Positions 7,179-13,420 of a stretch of DNA of 36,287 bases are shown here, piece after piece; position 1 is the first letter of the stretch; every line of letters begins with the position of its first letter. The notes beneath the pieces are model-generated. The model was not told where the DNA came from and made no database searches. It saw only the letters and a program-made list of their open reading frames with translations. Source of the stretch: a virus; the IMG/VR virus record IMGVR_UViG_3300008112_000002, positions 1 to 36,287 of that record; one strand, written 5' to 3'. The position numbers were made by a program, and so were the translations under genes.

Positions 7179-7483
7179 TTCATACCCTTTCCAATTTCAG
7201 CAGCAGCACGGACAACCGCTCGGCGCGCTGCTTTTCTAGCATCTTTACCTAAAGGTTCGCTATAAAACACCCCATCAAAACAAGCATTTGCGGATTGATC
7301 TGTAATTATCAGTTCTATTTTTAAATCGACTTGTAGCCTTCTATTGTCGCCATCGTCGTCGAGCGGGTTCCACTTAATGCCTGGAAGTACCTCTGCAAAA
7401 CACCAAGGGTCAACATCGCCGTGCCATGTAATTTTAATTCCGATGGCCTTCGCAGCAAGTTCCAGCATTTTACGGTCAGTCAT
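7175..7483 (-). CDS. Hypothetical protein (N-terminus MTDRKMLELA, paralogous to the internal module of 6381..7178)
   Basis: ATG at 7483; the ORF track starts at a GTG at 7489. The 22 nt at 7473..7494 repeat 7003..7024 with one mismatch. Confidence 0.7.
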   Translation of the reverse strand: MTDRKMLELAAKAIGIKITWHGDVDPWCFAEVLPGIKWNPLDDDGDNRRLQVDLKIELIITDQSANACFDGVFYSEPLGKDARKAARRAVVRAAAEIGKGMK

Positions 7484-7557
7484 GCCCACCCCGCAGCGCT
7501 TACAAACTCATCCCATGTTAGGGATACTTCTTTGTCTTCTAAAATGATTATGGTCAT
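7480..7557 (-). CDS. Possible 25-aa micro-ORF
   Basis: MTIIILEDKEVSLTWDEFVSAAGWA. It is preceded by the same CAGGAGAATGAAA cassette that precedes the genes starting at 7825 and 14661. Its stop forms an ATGA overlap with the ATG at 7483. Confidence 0.3.
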   Translation of the reverse strand: MTIIILEDKEVSLTWDEFVSAAGWA

Positions 7558-7576
7558 TTTCATTCTCCTGTTTATT

Positions 7577-7825
7577 TCAACTGCTTTGCAGTCTTCCTTC
7601 CAATTTACCTGCCGAATACCCAGACAAATACAGTTTGAATAGTTCGTTCAAGCGACCGTTATCGTAGTAAGTTACAAATATTTTTTTTTCTTTTCCGCTT
7701 GGCATTTTTACAAATTGCTGTTCTGACCGCTCCACTTTACAACCGACATATATTTCAAAATCATGAAGTTTTTTTTCAAAAGAATTGAGCACTTCATATA
7801 TTTCGCCCGTTGTGTACATGTCCAT
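7577..7825 (-). CDS. Hypothetical protein (AT-rich, with its own promoter)
   Basis: 82 aa with SD cassette CCAGGAGAATGAA-ATG and a promoter at 7860..7887. Confidence 0.65.
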   Translation of the reverse strand: MDMYTTGEIYEVLNSFEKKLHDFEIYVGCKVERSEQQFVKMPSGKEKKIFVTYYDNGRLNELFKLYLSGYSAGKLEGRLQSS

Positions 7826-7859
7826 TTCATTCTCCTGGTATCGTTAGTCGATGCAGAGA

Positions 7860-7887
7860 ATTATACACACTTAATCAGACTATGCAA
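7860..7887 (-). promoter_or_regulatory. Sigma70-type promoter (TTGCAT-N16-TATAAT)
   Basis: Minus strand reads TTGCATagtctgattaagtgtgTATAAT. It is nearly identical to the promoter at 16144..16171. The -35 overlaps the stop codon of the RuvC-like gene. Confidence 0.7.
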
Positions 7888-8311
7888 GCCATTTTATTCC
7901 GCCATGTGAGAAAACGCACATTGCAGCGTCGCGCTCGTGTTGGTTGCTCTTTTTGTCCCAGCCAGTCAGCTTGTTAAAAGTCTCAGCGTCCAGTTTGCGG
8001 CCTTTGTGCTTCGGGCTTATTCCGTGGGCGCTGATTTTCATTTCTTCGCATAGGGCGCATATTAAATTGCATATAGCGTCCACTTGGCCGACATTCCGGG
8101 CTATCTTTAGCCTGGCGGCCTGGCTAGTCCCACGGCTCCAGACTGGCGAAGTCAAGCGCGAATCCTCGAATATCACGCTTTTGACTGAAAGGCTAGAAAG
8201 CAGCGTTATTAGCTGAATCGGCGTCCAGGTGGTTAGCTTTGTAAGCTTTCCGTCTTCAAATATAGCTACTCCCGTATTTGTACCTGGGTCAAGTCCGACG
8301 ATCATACTCAT
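7880..8311 (-). CDS. RuvC-like Holliday junction resolvase
   Basis: 143 aa. N-terminal IVGLDPGTNTGVAIF (first catalytic Asp motif), IFEDS (Glu) and C-terminal HERDAA (His/Asp pair), in RuvC order. Confidence 0.7.
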   Translation of the reverse strand: MSMIVGLDPGTNTGVAIFEDGKLTKLTTWTPIQLITLLSSLSVKSVIFEDSRLTSPVWSRGTSQAARLKIARNVGQVDAICNLICALCEEMKISAHGISPKHKGRKLDAETFNKLTGWDKKSNQHERDAAMCVFSHGGIKWLA

Positions 8312-8450
8312 TTATCAGCTTTGTCACGCCAGCAGAAAAGTTCCCGCCGCCGATCTTTTTCGCTTTTTCGTGCGCTTTTTTAGAAATGTAAATGTTTACG
8401 CGCTTTGCGTCTTCAATTGTTTTTGGCTTGCCGATTTTTTTAGTGTCCAT
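8289..8450 (-). CDS. Ribbon-helix-helix (Arc/CopG-like) DNA-binding protein, 53 aa
   Basis: MDTKKIGKPKTIEDAKRVNIYISKKAHEKAKKIGGGNFSAGVTKLINEYDRRT fits a beta-strand RVNIYIS followed by two helices. There is no SD, and the ATG lies 7 nt after a TAGAAT -10. The ORF is below the track cut-off. Confidence 0.6.
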   Translation of the reverse strand: MDTKKIGKPKTIEDAKRVNIYISKKAHEKAKKIGGGNFSAGVTKLINEYDRRT

Positions 8451-8457
8451 AAATCTC

Positions 8458-8485
8458 ATTCTACACACTTACGCGGCAGGTTCAA
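8458..8485 (-). promoter_or_regulatory. Sigma70-type promoter (TTGAAC-N16-TAGAAT) giving a probably leaderless RHH transcript
   Basis: Minus strand reads TTGAACctgccgcgtaagtgtgTAGAATgagatttATG. Confidence 0.55.
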
Positions 8486-8553
8486 GCCTTTTGTCCCAAT
8501 CGCACTCAAAAGAAAATGGAAGCCTGCCAAATATCTGCATTAGCTCCCGCTCT

Positions 8554-8775
8554 TTAGGGCTTAACGCGCAGCCTTTCGACATCTCTAAGCCAGCCTGATG
8601 ACTTCGCACAGGCAAGAATGCTGGTTTTGACGCGCTCGGCAATGTCGCGTCCGAGCCGGGCTTCAATGTATCGCAAGTAGTCCGCGACTTTATCTCTTTC
8701 CCCATGCTGAAAATTCTCGACGGCGCAGCAGAAACGCTCAAAAGTCTCGGCGCGTTCATTCGTTTGCAGGCTCAT
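8554..8775 (-). CDS. Hypothetical protein
   Basis: 73-aa helical-looking ORF (MSLQTNERAETFERF...). It competes with the overlapping frame 8469..8759, which looks less protein-like. Confidence 0.5.
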   Translation of the reverse strand: MSLQTNERAETFERFCCAVENFQHGERDKVADYLRYIEARLGRDIAERVKTSILACAKSSGWLRDVERLRVKP

Positions 8776-8917
8776 TCAAGTATTCGATTATTTGTTGTGC
8801 TGATATGATTGTTTGCGCTAAAAACAACAATGCAGCGTTTTTGTCTTTCATCATTAGCTCTGGCAACTTACGCCCGGCTTCTTGTATTTTGAGTACATCT
8901 TCGCTGTAGTCTTTCAT
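8756..8917 (-). CDS. Hypothetical protein (53 aa, below cut-off)
   Basis: MKDYSEDVLKIQEAGRKLPELMMKDKNAALLFLAQTIISAQQIIEYLNEPANE. A TAAATG junction links it to the upstream gene. Confidence 0.5.
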   Translation of the reverse strand: MKDYSEDVLKIQEAGRKLPELMMKDKNAALLFLAQTIISAQQIIEYLNEPANE

Positions 8918-9106
8918 TTAGTAAATCCTCACTGTAGTCATCCATTGATGACTACTTTCTTGTTTTGCAAGATGAAGTAATAAATGCTGCATCATCAATT
9001 CTGCGTTGTAGTCATCCGACTCTATCTTGCCTAGTATTTCATTTAGGCTGTAAGGTTTTTCAATGTGGCCAGCTTTACTTAAAGCCACGCGCATTAGTCT
9101 GCTCAT
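8918..9106 (-). CDS. Hypothetical protein
   Basis: 62-aa ORF packed tightly against its neighbours. Confidence 0.55.
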   Translation of the reverse strand: MSRLMRVALSKAGHIEKPYSLNEILGKIESDDYNAELMMQHLLLHLAKQESSHQWMTTVRIY

Positions 9107-9128
9107 TGTTTTTCCTTTTCACATAACC

Positions 9129-9175
9129 CTACGTTCCAGCGGTTTCGCTACGTTTACCGCTGAACTCGGCGTTAG
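9129..9175. repeat. 47-bp direct repeat, copy 1 (pairs with 9531..9577; 43/47 identical)
   Basis: ctacgttccagcggTttcgctacgTtTaccgctgaactcGgcgttag, where capitals mark the four differences from copy 2. Confidence 0.9.
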
Positions 9176-9311
9176 GAACTATGACACCGTGTATTTCGCA
9201 AAACATAGTTTTATTTTTTTCATCAATTTGAAGCGCATTAAAACATTCTGGACATGCCAAAATAAAACCTTTGTTTATTTCTTCCATTGCCTCTTGAAAG
9301 TTAATACCCAT
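9129..9311 (-). CDS. Small zinc-ribbon-like protein with shared C-terminal tail NAEFSGKRSETAGT
   Basis: 60 aa with CPEC...C..H. SD AAGGA lies 7 nt upstream. The last 14 codons are repeated at the end of 9531..9818. Confidence 0.6.
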   Translation of the reverse strand: MGINFQEAMEEINKGFILACPECFNALQIDEKNKTMFCEIHGVIVPNAEFSGKRSETAGT

Positions 9312-9495
9312 GTTTCAATCCTTTAATTGTCAAAATTGTGGTCTTTCAATTCAAGCAAAAGACCATAAGCGCCATGAAATAACAGGCGATGTTTATTACG
9401 AATGTCCATCGTGTAAAACAAAAAACAAAATGACCCAAATACCAACAGAAGAAGGTTCCCCAATTAAATTTATTCCCAACGGTATACTGAAATAG
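9310..9495 (+). CDS. Possible zinc-ribbon protein, the only plus-strand candidate gene
   Basis: 61 aa with CQNC-x22-CPSC. No minus-strand ORF covers 9312..9530. There is no SD. Its ATG overlaps the minus-strand ATG of 9129..9311 in the palindrome CATG. Confidence 0.4.
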   Translation: MFQSFNCQNCGLSIQAKDHKRHEITGDVYYECPSCKTKNKMTQIPTEEGSPIKFIPNGILK

Positions 9496-9530
9496 AATTT
9501 TTATTCATCACATATAACCTTTACCTAACA

Positions 9531-9577
9531 CTACGTTCCAGCGGATTCGCTACGCTCACCGCTGAACTCTGCGTTAG
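9531..9577. repeat. 47-bp direct repeat, copy 2
   Basis: See 9129..9175. The two copies are spaced 402 bp apart. Confidence 0.9.
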
Positions 9578-9818
9578 CCGTCAGGGTGAAATTGACCGTG
9601 TTGAACCACTCTTCGGGGAATTCGCGCAAGTACAGCGTCGTTGAAAATCCGCTAATCTCCGTTTCCTCAACCGTGAATTCGGCTCCCACTTTTAGACCTA
9701 GCCGCCCGAGCCTGTCCTTGTCCACCTGTTCTCCGTTGTTCGGGAACGCAAACACCACCTTCGTTCCTTCCGGTGCGTCAATCGGCATGCACTTCATTTC
9801 TTCATAGGTTTTTACCAT
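9531..9818 (-). CDS. Hypothetical protein with shared tail NAEFSGERSESAGT
   Basis: 95 aa with SD GGAGAG upstream. Confidence 0.65.
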   Translation of the reverse strand: MVKTYEEMKCMPIDAPEGTKVVFAFPNNGEQVDKDRLGRLGLKVGAEFTVEETEISGFSTTLYLREFPEEWFNTVNFTLTANAEFSGERSESAGT

Positions 9819-9821
9819 GTT

Positions 9822-9992
9822 TTACTCTCCTTTAGGTAGTTCTGGTAACGGCATCCAAAGGGTAGGTTGCCACTGCAAATATCTTTGTGCACAATGAGAA
9901 AACCATCCATCAACGAGCCATTCGACAGTACCGCCAGATACAATTATGCTAGTCCCATCCTTCGGTGCAGTCTCTATAGGTTGCCAAGTCAT
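9822..9992 (-). CDS. DUF551-like small protein (56 aa, below cut-off)
   Basis: MTWQPIETAPKDGTSIIVSGG...WMPLPELPKGE is paralogous to 14168..14398 (MEWRPIKTAPKDGTWVLLKGG...WMPLPK). Confidence 0.7.
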   Translation of the reverse strand: MTWQPIETAPKDGTSIIVSGGTVEWLVDGWFSHCAQRYLQWQPTLWMPLPELPKGE

Positions 9993-9993
9993 T

Positions 9994-10143
9994 TCATCTC
10001 TCCTTTGTTTTTTTGAAGCATGTATTGGACTGCGCTACCGCCTCTATAAGTACTTCCATTTCATGAATAAGAAATTTTATAATTTCAATCAGTTCCTCTC
10101 GTGAAAGCGTGTCAATTTCTTTTCCCTTCCATGTATGTATCAT
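9994..10143 (-). CDS. Hypothetical protein (49 aa, below cut-off)
   Basis: MIHTWKGKEIDTLSREELIEIIKFLIHEMEVLIEAVAQSNTCFKKTKER. SD GAAGGAGAG, with a promoter at 10168..10195 directly upstream. Confidence 0.55.
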   Translation of the reverse strand: MIHTWKGKEIDTLSREELIEIIKFLIHEMEVLIEAVAQSNTCFKKTKER

Positions 10144-10167
10144 TTCACTCTCCTTCATTTTGTGTGT

Positions 10168-10195
10168 AGTTTACACAATAAAATATAACTGTCAA
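10168..10195 (-). promoter_or_regulatory. Sigma70-type promoter (TTGACA-N16-TAAACT)
   Basis: Minus strand reads TTGACAgttatattttattgtgTAAACT. It has a perfect -35 that overlaps the stop of 10192..10659. Confidence 0.6.
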
Positions 10196-10659
10196 TCAAA
10201 AACTATCCCATCAAATCCTAAATTGCGCGGTTTTTTGTTTTCTTGCTTCATGTACTCATCTTCAATCTGTTTCGACTTTGCGGTTAAATAAGCGTCAACT
10301 TTATAAAGCCATTTCGCTGGCATTATTTTCCCTTTTTCGTCCAAATCAGTCTTTTTAGGCATCAGTTCAGGGTAATGCTGTTTGAGTATAGGTTTGTAAT
10401 AGTGCCAAGGAAAGGCTATACGACCCACCATTGCTTTTCTAATGTCTGCCGATAGTTCCACCACATCCTTGCCATCTTCTTGCATCCAGCGCGTTATAGC
10501 CATGCTTGCGTATGGTGCGCGTCCAAAGTGGCAATTACAGTACCAATGCTGGCCATCAATGCTGTTACCGGCTGGCGCATCGCAGTTGTGAGCATTGCAT
10601 CCTGTTGACTTTGGCTCTTCCTGTTCTTTTTTAACGGTCAATTCCTTAAACTTTTTCAT
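10192..10659 (-). CDS. Hypothetical Cys/His-cluster protein downstream of the replication gene
   Basis: 155 aa with the cluster C..H.C...WYCNCH. ATGA overlap with the DUF1376 gene. Confidence 0.65.
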   Translation of the reverse strand: MKKFKELTVKKEQEEPKSTGCNAHNCDAPAGNSIDGQHWYCNCHFGRAPYASMAITRWMQEDGKDVVELSADIRKAMVGRIAFPWHYYKPILKQHYPELMPKKTDLDEKGKIMPAKWLYKVDAYLTAKSKQIEDEYMKQENKKPRNLGFDGIVFD

Positions 10660-11417
10660 CTGTGATATTTCCCTTCTAAAACCTTAGCAAAGTTATTTGG
10701 CCTCATCAGCCATTCAAAATCAGCCCGGAACGGAACTTTCCCATTCCTGCCATCAGCGCTACCAATCAAAAACTTAGATTCAGCCACTTTCAAAAAATAC
10801 GATTCAAAAAACTCAAGACCTTCGCTTTCCGTTTCCCAACTATCAGCCTGGCAGACTTCCCGCCATCGGCTTGCAGCATAAGCCTGTCGGGTTTTTGTCA
10901 TTACCGCCACTTGTGGGCAGGTTGGCAGCGCTTTGTGGTACAGATCAACTAACTTTTCAACAGGGCATCTTAAAGGTGCATCGCGTGAGCGATCACTAAG
11001 ATACGTAGTATCTTTATCTTTTATATTGGTTATTGGTTTATGGTTAGTGGTTAGGTGGAGGTTCGTGTCTTGTTCGTTCACGGTTCGTTCACGGTTCGTT
11101 CGTCTTTTTTCTTCGCGCTCTTTTGCTATTCTTGCGTTAGTGCTTGAATTTTCGTGATATTTATCAATTTCATCCTGTATTCTTGACTGAAAATACACAC
11201 CGTTGTTTTCTGTAAAGAATTTTTCTAAAACAAACCGGACTGCCTCTTTTTCTTGGTCAGTTCTAGCCCAACACCAGTCATAAGCCTGTTCGATTGTCGG
11301 GAATTGTTCACGGTCATAGCACGCATCCATCAGAAGCGTGTACGCTCCGTGCTCAAGCATGGAAAGCCTTCCAGCTTTTTTGTGGTAATCCCCGATGTTT
11401 CTTTTGAAGTAATGCAT
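10656..11417 (-). CDS. DUF1376 (YdaU-like) replication-associated protein
   Basis: The N-terminus YFKRNIGDYHKKAGRLSMLEHGAYTLLMDACYD matches the characteristic DUF1376 opening. 253 aa, with SD AAGAGG. Confidence 0.7.
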   Translation of the reverse strand: MHYFKRNIGDYHKKAGRLSMLEHGAYTLLMDACYDREQFPTIEQAYDWCWARTDQEKEAVRFVLEKFFTENNGVYFQSRIQDEIDKYHENSSTNARIAKEREEKRRTNRERTVNEQDTNLHLTTNHKPITNIKDKDTTYLSDRSRDAPLRCPVEKLVDLYHKALPTCPQVAVMTKTRQAYAASRWREVCQADSWETESEGLEFFESYFLKVAESKFLIGSADGRNGKVPFRADFEWLMRPNNFAKVLEGKYHR

Positions 11418-11422
11418 ACAAT

Positions 11423-11512
11423 CCTCTTTGGTGGACGATCCCGTGTGAGAATTACCGGGAGCATTCGACTCGGTGGAGTCATTGAGGCGGCATCGAGACC
11501 GTCCCCAAAGAG
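11423..11512 (-). promoter_or_regulatory. Structured 5' leader that pairs with the SD of the DUF1376 gene
   Basis: On the minus strand, CTCTTTGGGGACG (11512..11500) pairs with CGTCCACCAAAGAG (11437..11424): 13 bp with one bulge. The 3' arm contains part of the SD (AAAGAGGattgtATG). Inner hairpins include GACTC-CACC-GAGTC and CCCGG..CGGG. Confidence 0.45.
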
Positions 11513-11551
11513 AACTGTATCAATGCTCCATTTACGCTTCTCACGGCGCAA

Positions 11552-11860
11552 TTAGATTTTATTCGTTTGCTTCAAAAATGCAAGCCCCTGCTTAGTAATC
11601 GCCCACACTCGTGCGGGTCGTCCTTTTTTGCTCAGCCTTGTATCAGTCGTAACTCTGACATAATTTGTCATCTCTGGCAGTCGTCGGCTTATTTGGTACT
11701 TGTCCAAACAGCAATTCACTGCAATTTCGTCAGCTGTGCCGCCTTGCATGTCGACTAATGCTAGTAAAATAGCGCGGTAGTGGCAGGGCGCAAAGTTTGC
11801 CGCATTCTCGCCAGCATCTTTACTCGTTGACGGGTCAGTCTTTCTTGCTCTCATTTTCAT
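11552..11860 (-). CDS. Winged-helix DNA-binding protein
   Basis: 102 aa. The segment GGTADEIAVNCCLDKYQISRRLPEM...GRPARVWAIT fits an HTH followed by a wing. Confidence 0.5.
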   Translation of the reverse strand: MKMRARKTDPSTSKDAGENAANFAPCHYRAILLALVDMQGGTADEIAVNCCLDKYQISRRLPEMTNYVRVTTDTRLSKKGRPARVWAITKQGLAFLKQTNKI

Positions 11861-12023
11861 CTCCTATGAAATAATCACATCCATTAGCAGGAATCAAAAA
11901 AGCCTCAAAGTCACGCACTACTTGATAGCCAACAGGCCGCCAAGGTGAAGTGAACCGCAAGCATTTATTACGTTGTTCGCACTTTTTAGCCTCGCATCTC
12001 GCCATGTCATAAGGTAATGTCAT
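11835..12023 (-). CDS. Hypothetical Cys-rich small protein
   Basis: MTLPYDMARCEAKKCEQRNKCLRF... The start at 12023 has GGAAGAG upstream. An alternative ATGA-coupled start lies at 12086. Confidence 0.5.
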   Translation of the reverse strand: MTLPYDMARCEAKKCEQRNKCLRFTSPWRPVGYQVVRDFEAFLIPANGCDYFIGDENESKKD

Positions 12024-12082
12024 ATTCTCTTCCTGCAAATCGCTGTTAATTTTTTTCGGTGTGCGAATTAGTATGAAGCAAG

Positions 12083-12394
12083 TCATATTTGACCTTTGCA
12101 CGGCCATGTAGCGCCAAACACTGCTATCACAATTACATATCCGTCTAAATGCCGATATTTTGGCTCTATCTTTAGGTGGTTATGCACAACATCACGCGCT
12201 TGTCCGAAAGTAACTCCATCGGGGGAGCAGTGGGCAGTTCCGCGTGTAAACTGGAAAATGCCTGTTATGTACCCCAAGGCATACGAACGAAGCATATATT
12301 CATTGCTTTCTATGTTGTCCAGGAGTGTGTTTCCTGTCACTTGTGCGCTTGCGGTAGAGGCGGCGAACAGTAGGGCGGCTAATGACTTTTTCAT
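12083..12394 (-). CDS. Secreted Rap1a/Tai4-like (T6SS amidase-immunity family) protein
   Basis: Signal peptide MKKSLAALLFAASTASA-QV, followed by LGYITGI....HCSPDGVTFGQARDVVHNHL..EPKYRHL.......ATWPC. I recognise this as the Rap1a-family pattern with its two conserved Cys. Confidence 0.5.
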   Translation of the reverse strand: MKKSLAALLFAASTASAQVTGNTLLDNIESNEYMLRSYALGYITGIFQFTRGTAHCSPDGVTFGQARDVVHNHLKIEPKYRHLDGYVIVIAVFGATWPCKGQI

Positions 12395-12573
12395 GCTTTC
12401 TCCTTAATAGTTTCAATCAATAAACGTATTCCATTTGAACTGTCTAACGGTCGTTTGCCGTTTTCTTTTAAGTATTTCCTGCCCTGCTCGTCAATCCATA
12501 ACTTTCCTGCTTGACGTATATTTACTGTCTGAGCCACGTTCAGGCGTTGTAGTGTTCCAGTGTGCGTGTACAT
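12391..12573 (-). CDS. Hypothetical protein
   Basis: 60-aa ORF with one-nt (TAATG) and ATGA couplings to its neighbours. Confidence 0.5.
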   Translation of the reverse strand: MYTHTGTLQRLNVAQTVNIRQAGKLWIDEQGRKYLKENGKRPLDSSNGIRLLIETIKEKA

Positions 12574-12860
12574 TAAATCACCTTTATTAAGTCACGTTCA
12601 AAAAGTTGAGCTATGGTTTTTCGGTGTGCTTCTTCCCAAATCTCTATGCGCTCTGCTTTGTTTAATGTGCTGCCCTGGTCAATATCAGCATGACACCTGA
12701 AACACAAAGCCGCTACGCGGTAATCATGCGCCTTTATCCCCCTTCCTTTTCCGTCTCTGAGTTGGTTCGAGTGTGCCGCTACGACCGTGCCATCTTCCGC
12801 ACCGCAATGCTGGCATGGAATTTCACGGCAGGCTTCAAGTAGTTTGCGGTTGCGGTACAT
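12573..12860 (-). CDS. DUF1364 (YbcO-like) putative nuclease
   Basis: CQHCG...VAAHSN...ALCFRCHADID is the Cys4/His pattern and size (95 aa) of lambdoid YbcO. Confidence 0.65.
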   Translation of the reverse strand: MYRNRKLLEACREIPCQHCGAEDGTVVAAHSNQLRDGKGRGIKAHDYRVAALCFRCHADIDQGSTLNKAERIEIWEEAHRKTIAQLFERDLIKVI

Positions 12861-13062
12861 TGCTCATTGCCTCGTCTAGTGTTGTATATTTGCCGACAAG
12901 TTTGTTATCAACTGACCACGGCTTTTTGTTTTTTGGAACTTTTACGCAAGAAAGAAAGCATCTATAAAACCCGTCAAATTCATTTGGTCGTATCCAATAA
13001 GGAATGGTTTTATGCGCCCAAATATCACCGCTAGGCAAATTTACAAGCTCAAAATCATTCAT
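12835..13062 (-). CDS. Hypothetical protein
   Basis: 75-aa ORF overlapping both neighbours on the same strand. Confidence 0.5.
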   Translation of the reverse strand: MNDFELVNLPSGDIWAHKTIPYWIRPNEFDGFYRCFLSCVKVPKNKKPWSVDNKLVGKYTTLDEAMSNVPQPQTT

Positions 13063-13420
13063 TTTCAGCCTTCCATGCTTTTATATACTCAATCAATTCT
13101 GACATTTCTGCCTTGCTCATGGTGCTGGTGCGTTTATAAAGCACGTCCATTCCCTGACCATCCACGGCTTGGACATACACTGCGCCGCCGCCTGTAGCGC
13201 GTAACCATGCACTTGTCATTAGGCGCTTCCATTGCTCCACGTCTAATGTCATGCCGCACCACTTACGCCCTACAAGCTCCTGCAATTCAGCGTGTAAAAG
13301 CGCATTTTGTTCAAGGTTGCGCGTCGGTTCCGTCACTTTCACCACCCAACCATCTGGCGCTTGCCGGATAGCTTGGATGGCGTTTTCTCGTGCAGCCTGG
13401 TGGACTAAACGAAACATCAT
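13055..13420 (-). CDS. ninB: NinB/Orf-family recombination mediator
   Basis: 121 aa. The blocks RNLEQNALLHAELQEL....W.G...D.EQWKRLMTSAW are colinear with lambda NinB (RSLDQNRKLWACLGDV...WHGRWLDAESWKCVFTAAL). Confidence 0.75.
   Translation of the reverse strand: MMFRLVHQAARENAIQAIRQAPDGWVVKVTEPTRNLEQNALLHAELQELVGRKWCGMTLDVEQWKRLMTSAWLRATGGGAVYVQAVDGQGMDVLYKRTSTMSKAEMSELIEYIKAWKAENE

Noticed and set aside
8469-8759. 96-aa minus-strand ORF overlapping 8554..8775
   Set aside because: Its N-terminal two-thirds are Ser/Pro/Arg-rich, out of frame with the more protein-like 73-aa ORF, and it runs through the promoter at 8458..8485. A short C-terminal piece (8469..8582 or 8469..8540) could be real, but I cannot support it.
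11330-11551. 73-aa minus-strand ORF covering the leader of the DUF1376 gene
   Set aside because: It overlaps the strongly supported DUF1376 N-terminus in another frame and has no SD. The region is better explained as a structured leader.
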